Under the pieces are notes generated by a model. That model was given only the letters and a program-made list of their open reading frames with translations, ran no database searches and was not told where the DNA came from. From assembly GCA_002269645.1 (NCBI GenBank), contig NIVC01002545.1:1-64000 (forward strand): a stretch of DNA of 64,000 nt, read 5' to 3'. This document shows, piece by piece, positions 34,870 to 48,939 of this stretch. The translations under genes were made by a program, and so were the position numbers. The stretch's first letter is position 1; every line of letters starts with the position of its first letter. This DNA comes from Macrostomum lignano. Its lineage: Eukaryota.

Positions 34870-35700
34870 ATCCTCATTCTGAGCGCAGAGTATTTCTCAG
34901 ATCCTCATTCTGAGCACTGAGTATTTCTCAAATCCTCATTCTGAGCACTGAGTATCTCTCAGATCTCTCATTCTGAGCACTGAGTATCTCTTAAATCTCT
35001 CATTCTGAGCACTAAGTATCTCTCAGATCCTCATTCTGAGCACTGAGTATCTCTCAGATCTCTCATTCTGAGCACTGCGTATCTCTCAGATCTCTCATTC
35101 TGAGCACTGAGTATCTCTCAGATCCTCATTCTGAGCACTGAGTATCTCTCAGATCTCTCATTCTGAGCACTGAGTATCTCTCAGATATCTCATTCTGAGC
35201 ACTGAGTATCTCTCAAATCCTCATTCTGAGCACTGAGTATCTCTCAAATCCTCATTCTGAGCACTGAGTATCTCTCAAATCCTCATTCTGAGCACTGAGT
35301 ATCTCTCAAATCCTCATTCTGAGCACTGAGTATCTCTCAAATCCTCATTCTGAGCACTGAGTATCTCTCAAATCCTCATTCTGAGCACTGAGTATCTCTC
35401 AAATCCTCATTCTGAGCACTGAGTATCTCTCAGATCTCTCATTCTGAGCACTGCGTATCTCTCAGATATCTGATTCTGAGCACTGAGTATCTCTCAGATC
35501 TCTCATTCTGAGCACTGAGTATCTCTCAGATCCTCATTCTGAGCACTGAGTATCTCTCAAATCTCTCATTCTGAGCACTGAGTATCTCTCAGATCTCTCA
35601 TTCTGAGCACTGAGTATCTCTCAGATATCTCATTCTGAGTATCTCAGATCTCAGAATCTGAGACGGAATCTCAGATCTCTCATATCTCTCATTCTGAGCA
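34870..35700. repeat. 31-nt minisatellite (ctcattctgagcactgagtatctctcaaatc) downstream of DNMT3
   Basis: About 26 units. Confidence 0.95.
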
Positions 35701-36339
35701 CCACCTAAGAGTCGAAAGTTTTCCCCCTAATTTTTATATGATGAAGCGCTTACAAAATTAATCCCAAGTTTATTTTTTTATTGACCCAGTGCAGTTAAGG
35801 ACCGTGAGTCCTGCATTTTATCGGCTAACAGCATATTAACACCACTAATTACCACAAGTAGTAAAACGCAATCTTTTTTAAAATTATTTTTTCTTTTTTT
35901 TTTAATACTCTACTTTTTACTTGATCTCCCAATTTGCCATATTTTGGCCACTGGTTATGAAAGCTTCCTCCAATTTTTACTTTTTTGTTTCAACATTTTA
36001 ATAAAGCTATTTATTTTTCAAAACAATTTATCCTCATTAAAACAACAAATAAAAAAGTGCGACTGATTTTTTTTGTTTAATCGTTTCTCGTTTCTTTAAA
36101 ACAATTTAAACATTGACAGCAGTAGTATATTTATGTTTTGTTATCTTTTTTCTTTGTCAGTCTGTAGTTTTATTGAATAATTTTATTCGTGTTCAGCTTA
36201 GCAATGGCAAGAAATATGGAAAGTTTTTAAATTGTTTTTAACAGTTTCGTCAATTCACTAAATTTTCCTGTAGAAACTTTAATTGGCTAATTAATAAAAG
36301 CCGTGGTTTCTCAGGCCACGAGACAAACGGTAGAATGTA

Positions 36340-36670
36340 GATAGATAGACCCACAGAAGGATAAACAGATTGAGACATGCATGCGGAATGCGGACACAGA
36401 CAAAGACACTTTAGACAGATAGACAGACACGCATGCAAGGAGAGACAGACAGACGTGTAGACAGGCAGACAGACAGGCAGGTAGGCAGGTAGACAGACAG
36501 GTAGACAGACATATTGACAGGGAGACAGACAGGCAGGTAGGCAGGCAGACACAGGCAGGTAGGCAGGCAGACACAGACAGGTAGACAGGCAGACACAGGC
36601 AGGTAGGCAGGCAGACAGACAGGTAAGGTAGACAGACACCGACAGGTAGGCAGACAGAGGCAGACCTGAG
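36340..36670. repeat. Degenerate (GACA/GGCA)n microsatellite
   Basis: Direct inspection. Confidence 0.85.
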
Positions 36671-36741
36671 GCAGGTAAAACTGCTGGTGCCCAAAACTTA
36701 AAATTTATGTACATCTGTCCTGCGGTCAGTCCACTGCAGCC

Positions 36742-37416
36742 TCACAGATTGTCCAAATCGTCTAGAAAACTTTTCTGCTTCCGCCGGTCTTCCGGCTCCC
36801 ACTGAGCAGCCTTGTTGGTCTCGGCGATGAAGCTGTCCAGCTTCTGGTAGAAGCCACCAATTCGCTGCTTCAGCCGCTCACTCTGCTCGTCCAGCTGCAG
36901 CCTCCTGCTGGACATTCTCTCCTCTCTATCCGAATAGAATTTCGTCTTCTTCAAACTTTCCGTGGTTAAAAATCCGCGCAACGCGTGAAAAACGCGCGGA
37001 TTCAAAGTTGGAAAGTTCGGCTCGCTGCCGCCTGCCGCGCCGTTGGCTCCGGCCGCCGCCGATGACGAAGTAGTCTGCTGCTGCTGCTGCTCGATCCCCA
37101 GGGCGGTCTTCGGTCGTCTCTTCTTTCGTTTCTTCCGTCTCAGGCCGGTCATGGTTGTGTTGGCAGGGCCTGCAGCAGATGAAGGATGCTGCGGGTCTCT
37201 GCTGGGCTGGGTACGGTTGCCCTGGGCATCCAGGAACGGCGCTCCACACGACGGCCCAGCGGCAGCGGCGGCTGTGTGCGGTCGAACCCGACGCACTGCA
37301 GCAGGCGGCGGCGGTTTTGCATCGGCTGCAGTTGGCGAATGATTTGAATTCTGAGTTGACGACTGCGGCGGCTCGTTGAAACGAACGCTGATCTCAGGGC
37401 GACTGTTGGCGGGCAT
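36742..37416 (-). CDS. Uncharacterised 224-aa protein (disordered N-terminus, basic cluster, predicted coiled-coil C-terminus)
   Basis: ATG in tgcaATG context (same as SLC5A7), GC3-rich codons, RRKKRKKRRPK basic stretch, helical ERMSSRRLQLDEQSERLKQRIGGFYQKLDSFI. May splice onward at ct|gtgagg near 36745. Confidence 0.65.
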   Translation of the reverse strand: MPANSRPEISVRFNEPPQSSTQNSNHSPTAADAKPPPPAAVRRVRPHTAAAAAGPSCGAPFLDAQGNRTQPSRDPQHPSSAAGPANTTMTGLRRKKRKKRRPKTALGIEQQQQQTTSSSAAAGANGAAGGSEPNFPTLNPRVFHALRGFLTTESLKKTKFYSDREERMSSRRLQLDEQSERLKQRIGGFYQKLDSFIAETNKAAQWEPEDRRKQKSFLDDLDNL

Positions 37417-38833
37417 TGCAGTGGACCTGGCTACAGCTGTATAGCCTGCGCCCGGCTCTCCACAGAAGCTATAATTTTAGGCTTCTTCCACTGTGTCCCT
37501 TTTATAGTGTAGATAAACTCTTGTGGATAGAATACCTGCTTCAGTGTGTATTGTTGTGTTGGGCTTCCGCTGGCGTGAGAGGAAAGATTTTAATAAATGG
37601 CTGCCGCAGATGCTAGAGCTCAATAGGCCAGACAGGCGGGTCTCTGCGCACTGTGCTTTTCTTGGCGTTCAAAAAAATCTTAAGCCTGATGAAGAGAATA
37701 TAAGGCGGGACAGAGAGCCCAGAGGTTACCGCACTGCGTCACTGTGTGCAACTCTTTCGCCAAGCCAGCCAACTGCCAAGCGCTGTAGATGTGGAGTAGA
37801 CTTCAAGTGATGCTTTAGTAAGAATGGTGTTGGCTCATGCAGTTATTTGGTGTTTCATCTTGAAATTTCTGCTTTTCTGCAGATCAATTTTCTAGCAAAT
37901 GACCTTGGAATCCGTTGCCCAAGGCGTTGCACCAGGGTGCCCACAGCCCTACTGAGAATATTTATATACGAATACTACATTGACATTTCAATAGCTTTAG
38001 TCTTTATTATACGAGTAGATCACTAGTAATATTATTATTCGATACTGCCATTTTAACTTCGCTAAAATGTTGCTCTACTAACAGTAGACGCTAGGCGTGT
38101 GCCAGCTATGGGCAAGCAGGGGTCGTTCTGAACGTTCTAAAAGCTTATAATTGTGCCGCCAACGGAAGTGCGTTAATTAAATTCAGCCAACCTACTGCGT
38201 GGCAGCAAAACTGCTTCAATCCAGTCGACAAAGCAGAAACAAAGCTAGCTTAAAGTTCATTTTGACATTAACTTGAAAAATCAAAGTTAAAGAGTTCTTC
38301 CTAACAAAATAAATGGAAATGAGTATATTGGAAATCTAGTACGGTTTTATTGCTATAAATAATTAACCAGTGTATACATATGGCCACAAGCAGCGGACAA
38401 TCATTAGTTAGAAGTTATCTAATAGATTTATAAATTAGTATTAAGTAATAAACTCAAACTACTAATTGGCAGGCAGGTGAAAATTTGGCAGGAGAAATCA
38501 AAGACTCGTTTAGCTGATTAGGCGATTGGAATTAATTAGGTGCTAATTAGTAATTAGTAGTAATTAGCAGCTCTGTAAAAATTAGCGCGCGAATGTAGAT
38601 AAGAAATTCTAAACAGGTCTGATAGCAATAATGATAATTACAGTTAGCACAGCTGCATGCACAAGACTAAATTAAAACAAACCAGCTGAGGCGCATAAAA
38701 ATCTTAGAAAAAAATCCTAGCTGTAGTGATATGCCATTGTGCGCCAATCATGTTGTAAATGTGCGCTTCGTGTGCACCGAATGTGCGTGTACATCTCAGC
38801 ATAGAGATATTTAGCGAGCAGGGGACTCTACTT

Positions 38834-39470
38834 GAATCTCACCCATTAGACACTCAGAGACACTAGTAGAATCTCACCCATTAGACACTCAGAGACACTA
38901 GTAGAGTCTCAACCATTAGACACTCAGAGACACTAGTAGAATCTCACCCATTAGACACTCAGAGACACTAGTAGAGTCTCAACCATTAGACACTCAGAGA
39001 CACTAGTAGAGTCTCAACCATTAGACACTCAGAGACACTAGTAGAATCTCACCCATTAGACACTCAGAGACACTAGTAGAGTCTCAACCATTAGACACTC
39101 AGAGACACTAAAAGAATCTCACCCATGAGATATTCTGAGACACTAGTAGAATCTCACGCATTAGACACTCAGAGACACTAGTAGAGTCTCAACCATGAGA
39201 TACTCAGACACTAGTAGAATCTCACCCATTAGACACTCAGAGACACTAAAATAATCTCACCCATGAGATACTCAGAGACACTAAAATAATCTCACACATT
39301 AGACACTCAGAGACACTAAAAGAATCTCACCCATGAGATACTCAGAGACACTAGTAGAATTTCACCCATGAGATACTCTGAGACACTAGTAGAATCTCAC
39401 CCATGAGATACTCTGAGACACTAGTAGAATCTCACCCACGAGATACTCTGAGACACGAGTAGAATCTCAC
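38834..39470. repeat. 35-nt minisatellite (gaatctcacccattagacactcagagacactagta) 3' of the Kir stop
   Basis: About 18 units. Confidence 0.94.
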
Positions 39471-39609
39471 CTTTGAACGACAGCGATAAACTAAATAAAA
39501 GTACACTAGTATCGAATTTGCTTGAAACAATTTGCACCATATTAAAAACGAATAAAAAACAGGCACAAGCTGAGTTCTCAGAAAGTGAACACCAAGCAGT
39601 CTGCAATCT

Positions 39610-42600
39610 CTAGGCCAGCGATATTGGACAGGCAAAGTCAGAGTGGGCTCCGGCACCAGATGTGGAGGCGCCACCGGCAGATTTGCGCTGATGAAGCGGC
39701 GCAGACTCTTGATCGCGAGTTGACTGCTGCTTAGGCAGAATCATCGAGTGCAGATTGGAAGCGCTGGTGACGGTCCTGCTGGCCAGTGAGTACTGGTCGT
39801 CATCGATCATGCCCTGATAGGGGAAATTTTCCTCCCCTAAGTCGGCCAGATCTTTCGCCGAGCATCTGGGAAATCTGGGGATCTCCCTCGTGGCGTGGAA
39901 TTTCTCGTAGTTGATCTGGTATTCGCCGTTGTCCTTCTGGTAGGTGATCAGGCGTTCGAACCTGTGACCCCAGCGAATCTCAGAGGGCAGGTAGCTGGAA
40001 CGAGCCTGGAGAGGGGATCAAGGGGTAGTTGCTACGCTATCAATTGAAAAGTACAACTGAGCTGAAAAAACCCACAAGTTATAATCGTGATAGATTACTT
40101 CAAAATCTCACCCTGGATAATGGATACTCCAAAATCTCACCCTATAAGACTATAGATATTCCAAAATCTCACCCTAGATTATAGATACTCCAAAATCTCA
40201 CCCTAGAAGACTATAGATACTTCAAAATCTCAAACTAGAAGACTATAGATACTCCAAAATCTCACTTTAGAAGTATATAGATATTCTAGAATCTCACCCT
40301 AGAAGACTATAGATACTCCAAAATCTCACTTTAGAAGTATATAGATACTCTAGAATCTCACCCTAGAAGACTATAGATACACCAAAATCTCACCCAGAAA
40401 GTTACAGATACTCCCAAAATATCACTTTAGAAGACTATAGATACTCCAAAATCTCACCCTAGAAGATTATAGATACTCCAAAATCTCACCCTAGATTATA
40501 GATACTCCAAAATCTCACCCTAGAAGACTATAGATACTCCAAAATCTCACTTTAGAAGTCTATAGATACTCCAAAATCTCACCCTGGAAAACTATAGATA
40601 CTCCAAAATCTCACCCTAGAAGACTATAGATACTCCAAAATCTCACCCTTGAAGACTATAGATACTCCAAAATCTCACTTTAGAAGACTATAGATACTCT
40701 AAAACCTCACCCTAGAGGACTATAGACACTCCAAAATCTCACTTTAGAAGACTATATAGATTCTCTAAAACCTCACCAGAAGTCTATAGATACTCCAAAA
40801 TCTCACCCTAGAAAACTATAAACACCAAAACCACAGCCGTACCTGAGTAGTCATCCCAGTGGACTCAATAATGCCCTCCAGTATGACAATTAGCTCGAAT
40901 TGTTCGCTCAACAAATCGCCGCTAGAAATCTCCCAGAATGGCGAATCCTTCGTGATTTTATGCTCGACAATAATTGGCCAGACTAGGAACAGTCGATCGT
41001 AGCCCTCGCCGTAGCCTAAGTCAATGTCGAACTGCTCCAAAGGCAGCACTTCGCCCTCCCTTGTGATTCGTTTTTTAATTAATATTCCACGAACGTGAGC
41101 CTCTAGCAGTTGAGACTTGCGCATGTCGCCTACGCGAAACAGCAGCACCATCTGACCGTCCCGCTTGCAGATCACCGCGTTCTTGCTGAACATCAGCGTC
41201 TCGGCGCGCTTCTTGGGGCGCGACAGCTTGGCGAATACTAATCCAGTCATCAGGGCCTAAAGGGTAGGTGGGTACGGCGATGCAATGCTTATTAAAGTTT
41301 GCAATGTACGTTGATAAATATTAAGTTTCATATGTATTTTATAGATTCATAAGTTCGACATGTACTTTATTAGATTCCTAAAGTTACACATGTGCTTTGC
41401 TAGATTCCTAAAGTTCCACATGTACTTTGCTAGATTCTGAAAGTTCCACATGTACTTGGCTAGATTCCTAAAGTTTAACATGTTTTTGCTAGATTCCTAA
41501 AGTTCCACATGTACTTTGCTAGATTCTGAAAGTTCCACATGTACTTGGCTAGATTCCTAAAGTTTAACATGTTTTTGCTAGATTCCTAAAGTTCCACATG
41601 TACTTTGCTAGATTCTGAAAGTTCCACATGTACTTGGCTAGATTCCTAAAGTTTAACATGTTTTTGCTAGATTCCTAAAGTTCCACATGTACTTTGCTAG
41701 ATTCTGAAAGTTCCACAAGTACTTGGCTAGATTCCTAAAGTTTAACATGTTTTTGCTAGATTATTTAAGTTCCACATGTACTTTGCTAGATTCTGAAAGT
41801 TCCACATGTACTTTGCTAGATTCTGAAAGTTCCACGTATACTTTGCTAGATTCTGAAAGTTCCACATGAACTTTGCCAGATTCTGAAAGTTCCACATGTT
41901 ACTTTCCTATTTCTGCATTCCTGAAGTTCAAAATGAGTACTAAGCCTTACTCCGTCGACTCCTAAAATTCAAAATAGCACTTTAAAGAATTTTTTTCGAA
42001 TTTTTTTTAAATTAAAACATTAATTTTTAGATCCTTAATCTCACAAAAGTCTCACCTGGATGATGACTCCAAAGCAGCTCTGCACCATCACCATGAGCAC
42101 AGCCTCCGGGCACCTGTCTGACGGATACCGAAACCCGTAGCCAATCGTGTGCTGAGTCTCAATAGAGAACAGCAGGGCATCGGTGAATCCATTCACATTT
42201 TCAACGCACGGTACAAAATTCTTCGGCTTTTTTTCGTCCAAATCGCCGTGCGAGAAGCAGATGAGCAACCAGAATAGGGAGAAAAACAACCAGCTGGCTA
42301 TGAACCCCACTGTGAACAACAGAAGCGCGTACCGCCATTTAATATCCACCAGAGTGGTGAAAATGTCTGCTAGGAATCTCCGCTTTCGTTTCTTGATGTT
42401 GTAGTGGGAGATGTTGCACTCGCCGTTCTTGAATACCAGGCGCTTGTACCTGCGGTCGGGTGCGGGTGCCCGATGTCAGCTGGCTGATGTCGAAAACACA
42501 CACACACACACACACACATCACAGCTAAATAAACACACACATCAAAGCTAAATAAACACACACATCACAGCTAAATAAACACACACATCACAGCTAAATA

Positions 42601-43639
42601 AACACACACATCACAGCTAAATAAACACACATCACAGCTAAATAAACACACACACACATCACAGCTAAATAAACACACACATCAAAGCTAAATAAACACA
42701 CATCACAGCTAAATAAACACACACATCAAAGCTAAATAAACACACATCACAGCTAAATAAACACACACATCACAGCTAAATAAACACACACATCACAGCT
42801 AAATAAACACACATCACAGCTAAATAAACACACACACACATCACAGCTAAATAAACACACACACACATCACAGCTAAATAAACACACACACACATCACAG
42901 CTAAATAAACACACACATCACAGCAAAATAAACACACACATCACAGCAAAATAAACACACACATCACAGCTAAATAAACACACACACACATCACATCAAA
43001 ATAAACACACACATCACAGCAAAATAAACACACACATCACAGCAAAATAAACACACACATCACAGCAAAATAAACACACACATCACAGCTAAATAAACAC
43101 ACATCACAGCTAAATAAACACACATCACAGCTAAATAAAAACACACATCACAGCAAAATAAACACACACATCACAGCAAAATAAACACACACACATTACA
43201 GCTAAATAAACACACATCACAGCTAAATAAAAACACACATTACAGCTAAATAAACACACACATCACAGCTAAATAAAAACACACATCACAGCTAAATAAA
43301 CACACACACACATCACAGCTAAATAAACACACACATCACAGCAAAATAAACACACACATCACAGCTAAATAAACACACATCACTGCTGAATAAACACACG
43401 CAAATCACAGCTAAATAAACACACCAAATTACAGCTAAATAAACACACACACACAAATCAGAGCTAAATAAACACACGCAAATCAAAGCTAAATAAACAC
43501 ACACACACATCACAGCTAAATAAACACACATCACAGCTAAATAAACACACATGACAGGTGAATAAACACACGCAAATCACAGCTAAATAAACACACCAAA
43601 TCACAGCTAAATAAACACACACACAAATCAGAGCTAAAT

Positions 43640-43694
<55 letters not shown>

Positions 43695-44151
43695 AATCAC
43701 ACCCCAAAGTACATCGCGACCCCTTGATAAAGCTCACCTCCTTGTACTTTTAGCTTTCATATCGCGCCATGACTTGGTGCTGACAGCTAATCTGCGCCTG
43801 CTAGTAGCGGCAGCAGCGCCAGTATCTGCATTGCCAGCGGCTCTGCCAGCACCATCCATTGGCACTGAGTCGTTCTCGAGTCCGTCGGCAGACTTTCTGC
43901 GAAACATGAACAGATTGTGGGCAAACTGACGCAAGCGGTTGTCGGCCTGAGAAGCTCCTGTCACAGTGTAGTGCGGCAGGTTTGGCAGCGGTTTCAAGTC
44001 GTCAGCCTTGGTGGAGGCGGCGGCGGCGGCGGCCGGTGGCGAGCCAGACGAGGCAACGGGCTGGACTGAGAATGCCCTGCCCCCTCCGCTGGGGGACCGC
44101 GTCGAGTCACTGCCACTGTTGGATTCGCGGTAGTGGGCGGTGCTGCTTAAA
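39610..44151 (-). CDS. Inward-rectifier potassium channel (Kir/KCNJ family; invertebrate Irk type); start codon not located
   Basis: Exons 44151-43738, 42449-42056, 41256-40843, 40005-39610 with matching phases. Motifs: RLVFKNGECNI, FLADIFTTLVDIKWR, FLFSIETQ-like LLFSIETQHTIGYG selectivity filter, [52 protein letters not shown]. A possible further 60-nt phase-compatible exon lies at 46188-46129. Confidence 0.93.
40098..40815. repeat. 32-nt minisatellite (aaaatctcaccctagaagactatagatactcc), Kir intron
   Basis: About 22 units. Confidence 0.94.
41340..41905. repeat. 30-nt minisatellite (ctagattcctaaagttccacatgtactttg) with a 3-unit higher-order repeat, Kir intron
   Basis: An 89-nt trimer repeats about 4 times in the middle of the array. 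Confidence 0.94.
42495..43692. repeat. ~21-25-nt minisatellite (acacatcacagctaaataaac + variable AC), Kir intron
   Basis: About 50 units ending in (AC)n. Confidence 0.95.
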
Positions 44152-44299
44152 CTGAATTTCTATTTATGATTATGAAAACGTTATCTTGTGGTTTAAATTA
44201 GCATTCAAATGTGCATCCAAAGGAGGTGATTATTAAGAGTGTGAAAATGGATATTCGTGAGTGTAGAGCTCACGGGAGGACAGTGTAAGACACACAAGA

Positions 44300-44355
44300 A
44301 GACAGATAGCCAGACACAGACAGACAGACAGACAGACAGACATATTCAGAAAACG

Positions 44356-44386
<31 letters not shown>

Positions 44387-44399
44387 TATTCAGAAAACG

Positions 44400-44430
<31 letters not shown>

Positions 44431-44443
44431 TATTCAGAAAACG

Positions 44444-44477
<34 letters not shown>

Positions 44478-44780
44478 AGTTTCAGAAAACGACAGACGGA
44501 CGGACAGACAGACAGACATATTCAGAAACGACAGACGGACAGACAGACAGACATATTCAGAAAACGACAGACGGACAGACAGACAGACAGACAGCCATAT
44601 TCAGAAAACGACAGACGGACAGACACAGACAGACAGACAGACAGGCAGACAGACAGACAGACATACAAAAATACATAAAGCCATAAAGCCAGACAGGTAG
44701 GAAGACAAACAGACAGACAAAAATACATAAAGCCAGACACAGGTAGGGAGACAAACAGACAGACAGGAGCAGACAGGCAG
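44300..44780. repeat. Compound (GACA)n / atattcagaaaacgacagacg repeat
   Basis: Direct inspection. Confidence 0.9.
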
Positions 44781-45341
44781 ACACAGCAAAGACAGAACAG
44801 CAGCAATACAACTTACAGTAAATCGCTAGTCACTCAGTAGGAATGCAACTTAAGGATTGCGTGCAATGCAAGAATAAATAGAGTCAAATTTGCTTTCCTT
44901 AGCTGAATTATTGCTAACAAATCTCCTAAAGGATGTTTTTCGAAACAGATATCAGTTACACTATAATTTATTTATAAAACATGCATACTGAGCTGTAAGA
45001 ATATCAGCTAATACTGTGTCACTCTAATAGGGATGCAACAGAACAGATTAGAACCAATAGGTACTAATTAATAAAATTTAAGGCTTGGAATTCAATTTAA
45101 ATAGCTTTTAAGATGCTTTGATAATCTGCCCCAACACACAGGCACGTTGCATAGAAGCTTGACCCTGATGGCACCAATTATTAGCAAGACCAGGTGGTGT
45201 TCGAGGTAAATTTGCCATCAAGAGTTTATAAGAAGCTTACATAATATAAATTCAGTAATATCATTATTCAAGACTCTTTGATTCATACTTCTCAGTCTGT
45301 GTTATCAGGAAAAACTTGCCGATGGCGCTGTGTGACTAGAA

Positions 45342-45373
<32 letters not shown>

Positions 45374-48300
45374 GGACAGACACAGACACACACACATAGA
45401 TAGACATGTCACAACATAAATGGACAGGCAAACAAACAAGAACCAAAAGAACTTGAAAACAAGCAGTAATACAGAAGGTTAGACAAAAAAAACTTCTGCA
45501 AGAGTAAGATACTTCAAGTCCAGTAAGAAACCATTAGAGCAAGTTCACAGAAACAGAAATGATAGAGCAATATCAAAGTCAAGCAATTATCTGTGTACTG
45601 CAAAATCTGAGGATGTGAAATACTGCGCATTGTTTTGAAGCAACAAGTTGAATAAAAGGACTTAGATTTTTTGACAGTGATGCATGCTTAGATCCAGGCC
45701 ACAATCTATGCCAATATGGCTAAGTTGAAAAACAGATTACTAACTGAGAAATTTTGGAAATTTTGAAAATTTTATACTTTTTTTAAAGACAATTTGATGA
45801 CAAATTGAAGACTTAATTAGTTTCAAGGTTTTAAGGTGTCAAGTTTCAATAAATTTGCCACTGAATTTTTTTTATGTAGGACTGAACAACTTATAATTTT
45901 GGTTTTGCTGTTTTCCTTATTACTTTAAAAATGCACTTTAAAAATTTTTTGCTTCGGAAAGTTAAAATAATAAGTATTTTTTATCACTCAGTGAATATAT
46001 ATATAAGCAAAATGCAAAAATAAGTTAAATACTTCATATTTAATTAAAAATTGGTTTTTAGCATATCCATATTGAGCAGACTAGAAGATTGGAAACAATA
46101 ATTCAGTGTGTTTGAAATTCTTAAACACCTTGGCAAATATCTCCTTTGATAAGCTGGCTTCACATTCTCCTTTGTTTGAGCAGCTGGTCTAAAACTGAGT
46201 AATACATTCATTATTAATGAAATTTCCAACAATAAAATAATCTAAAAATGATAAAAGAAGTAGAAATATAAGCTAGATAATAAATCTGATATAGAGCATA
46301 CAAAAAGCAAGTCTTACTTACCTCATTATTGCTACTTTAGGTAGCAAAATTTAATTTTCTAGTTGAATTTGATGCTTAATGAAGTTTGCCAAGTGTCATC
46401 AAAACATCTTGTTGTCAAAAAACACATGCATCAAAAGCAGTAAAAGCAATATTAATCAATTGAATTTTTACTTTCATTTAAAAGTTTTTAAGGCAAATTA
46501 TACATGGTAAAACATAAAAACCAAAATATATAGAAATATAAAGATTATAGAATATGCATTGTTCTATATTTTTGGTACATATTCATTTACCAAAAATATT
46601 TGATATACTAAAAAACAATTAATGGATATTCTATTACTATGAAATTCAAATTATCAGAAAGTATAATTTTTTTATGTTTTGGAAACATCAAAATAAAATC
46701 TTTTATTAACAATATGGCCTAGTCAAACTGCTACCCTACCAAAAGAGATGACTTTTTTATCTGAACTATAAGTTACCTCTTAAAGTCTAAATAAGACAAT
46801 AGCTTTTCCTATTGCTAGGTATAAATATTATAAAATGACTTTTGATATGCTACATATGTATAGCATTTTGAGGTAGAGATAATTAAACTCAAATTAAATT
46901 TTAATTTCTCAACCTTTTAGCCAATTAATATATAAATAGTGGGTTTCTAAATAGATATAAAGAAGTATATATATATAAAACTTTGACCAATTGTTTTTAT
47001 TAACATTAAAATTTATATAGCTAATGTACATAACAAACTGAGCAAATTACATGATTTGGCATGCCTGATGACTTATTTACCCTTTATCCCTTGGTCAACT
47101 ACCCAATTCTGCTTGTTGCCAAATGTGCTGCCATTCAACCTAATTTGCTATACAAATTTTTAATATGAGGGTGGTTAGTAACTAAAATTGATTGAAATTT
47201 TTTATATAAACTTAGGCTTAGGTAGATAAATTCTTGGACCTTGGTCTGTCAATATTTTTTATTTCATCACATCAGTGTTTACAATATTTCTAGATAAGAG
47301 TAGGGAGTCCAGTGAGCCTATTTTTAGCATGTGCAAAAATGAAAAATGGTGAAAAAGTGGTTTTCTATAAATGGCCGAATTTTTTTTAATATTTAAGATA
47401 TGGCTACATTATTAAATTCATTGAAAAATAGACAAATAGATCTTTCAAACGACATATAGTTTACATGTTTAGGAATAGGACATATGATTACAAAGATATA
47501 GACTATCAAACACCATGTACATTTTCATTCATTTTCAAAACTGTGCTGAATTTGCTTGAAAATATGGGGTTGGAAGGATTTTTTTAGAAAATAAGTGCAT
47601 AACTGCTAAGAATGCTTGCACACTAAGTGTAGGTAACTTCCTGGAGGTCATTTTAAGTGAACTTTTTTGTTCACAAATATGTACATATTTATGTACATGT
47701 AAAATTTAAAATGGCCAAAACTTTTGAATGGAAAGAGTGGCCTGGCCACTCTAATTCTTTTTGCTACTTACTTCTAGTGACAAAATGAAACTTTTAGGCA
47801 AGACAGGATGAGTGTAACTTTTGCCACAGTATGCTTAACAGAAATTGTCAAAATGCATGCAATTAAATCCTATGAGACATAAAAATTGGGAAACTTTTGA
47901 AGCTCAAAAGAATGGCCTGTTATATATAGTTTCTTCAATAAAATGATAGCAAAACAGGCCAAACTCTTTGTCCTAAAGGCACATCCAGATAGATTTTGTC
48001 ACACCAAAGTTATTAACCATAATTGGCCTAGATGTACATACAAATACACTACAGAGATAGGAAAATGCACATTGAAAGGTTGGACATTTGAAAAGAAGTC
48101 AGATATGCAATTTTTTTTTCAAAAATGGATAGCAGAATTTATGATATACTTTATCTTTTATGCATTTCTCACTAATCCATCTTTTATTTGCAGATATTGC
48201 AGATGCCAGACACGCTACACCTATATAGTATCTGCTATGAGCACTTGACATACTCATGTGCTGCTTTGTGCTGCTGTACAGTTGCCTCTATCATTTCAGC

Positions 48301-48939
48301 TGGACCCAAAGATTGTGCACAGCTTCTTAAAGGCCTGCATTGGCATCCCTCTCCTCTTAAGGGGACCAAGCAATAGCAGCAGCAGAGAAATGTTGTCAAA
48401 CTGGTGTGCTAGAAGTCAACTCTAGCACAGTTGCAGATGGGACCACTGCAGGAAAGATGAATGCCTGGTCCATATAGATGGCCTAGGCACTCTGCTTGCC
48501 AGCAGCTTCCTCATGCATGTTTGACCTCAACAGGTCCCGCACATTTCCTTCACTTTCATTACTGCCTCCCATAGCCATAGATTATAAAGCTATAAAGTAT
48601 ATCTGGTTCAGTGTTTGCAGACAGACTAAGACATTCTGCCAAGCTAATTAAAAGTACAAGCTGTTGAAACCCACGGATTTTGAACCCGGGGAACTCCATT
48701 CCCCGGAATTATTTTTGCATGTATTCTAAAATCTGAGGTAAAACTCAAACAAAAACTTGTTCCCTTGTTAATAGTTAGGAATAGGATAGAGTTAAACATA
48801 AAATAGTGTACATTCATTTAAAATTAGGATTTGAGGCAAACATTGATATTGTTGGCTGGGGTGCTACGCAGAATGTTAGGCAAACTCTGGCCTCTACCTC
48901 TGCCTCTCCCTATGTCCTTTGCATCCTTTGAAACTTCTA

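Noticed and set aside
42056-42070. Gln at the Kir2.1 D172 rectification position
   Set aside because: A neutral residue here is common in invertebrate Irk channels, and the E224/E299 equivalents are retained, so it is not unusual.
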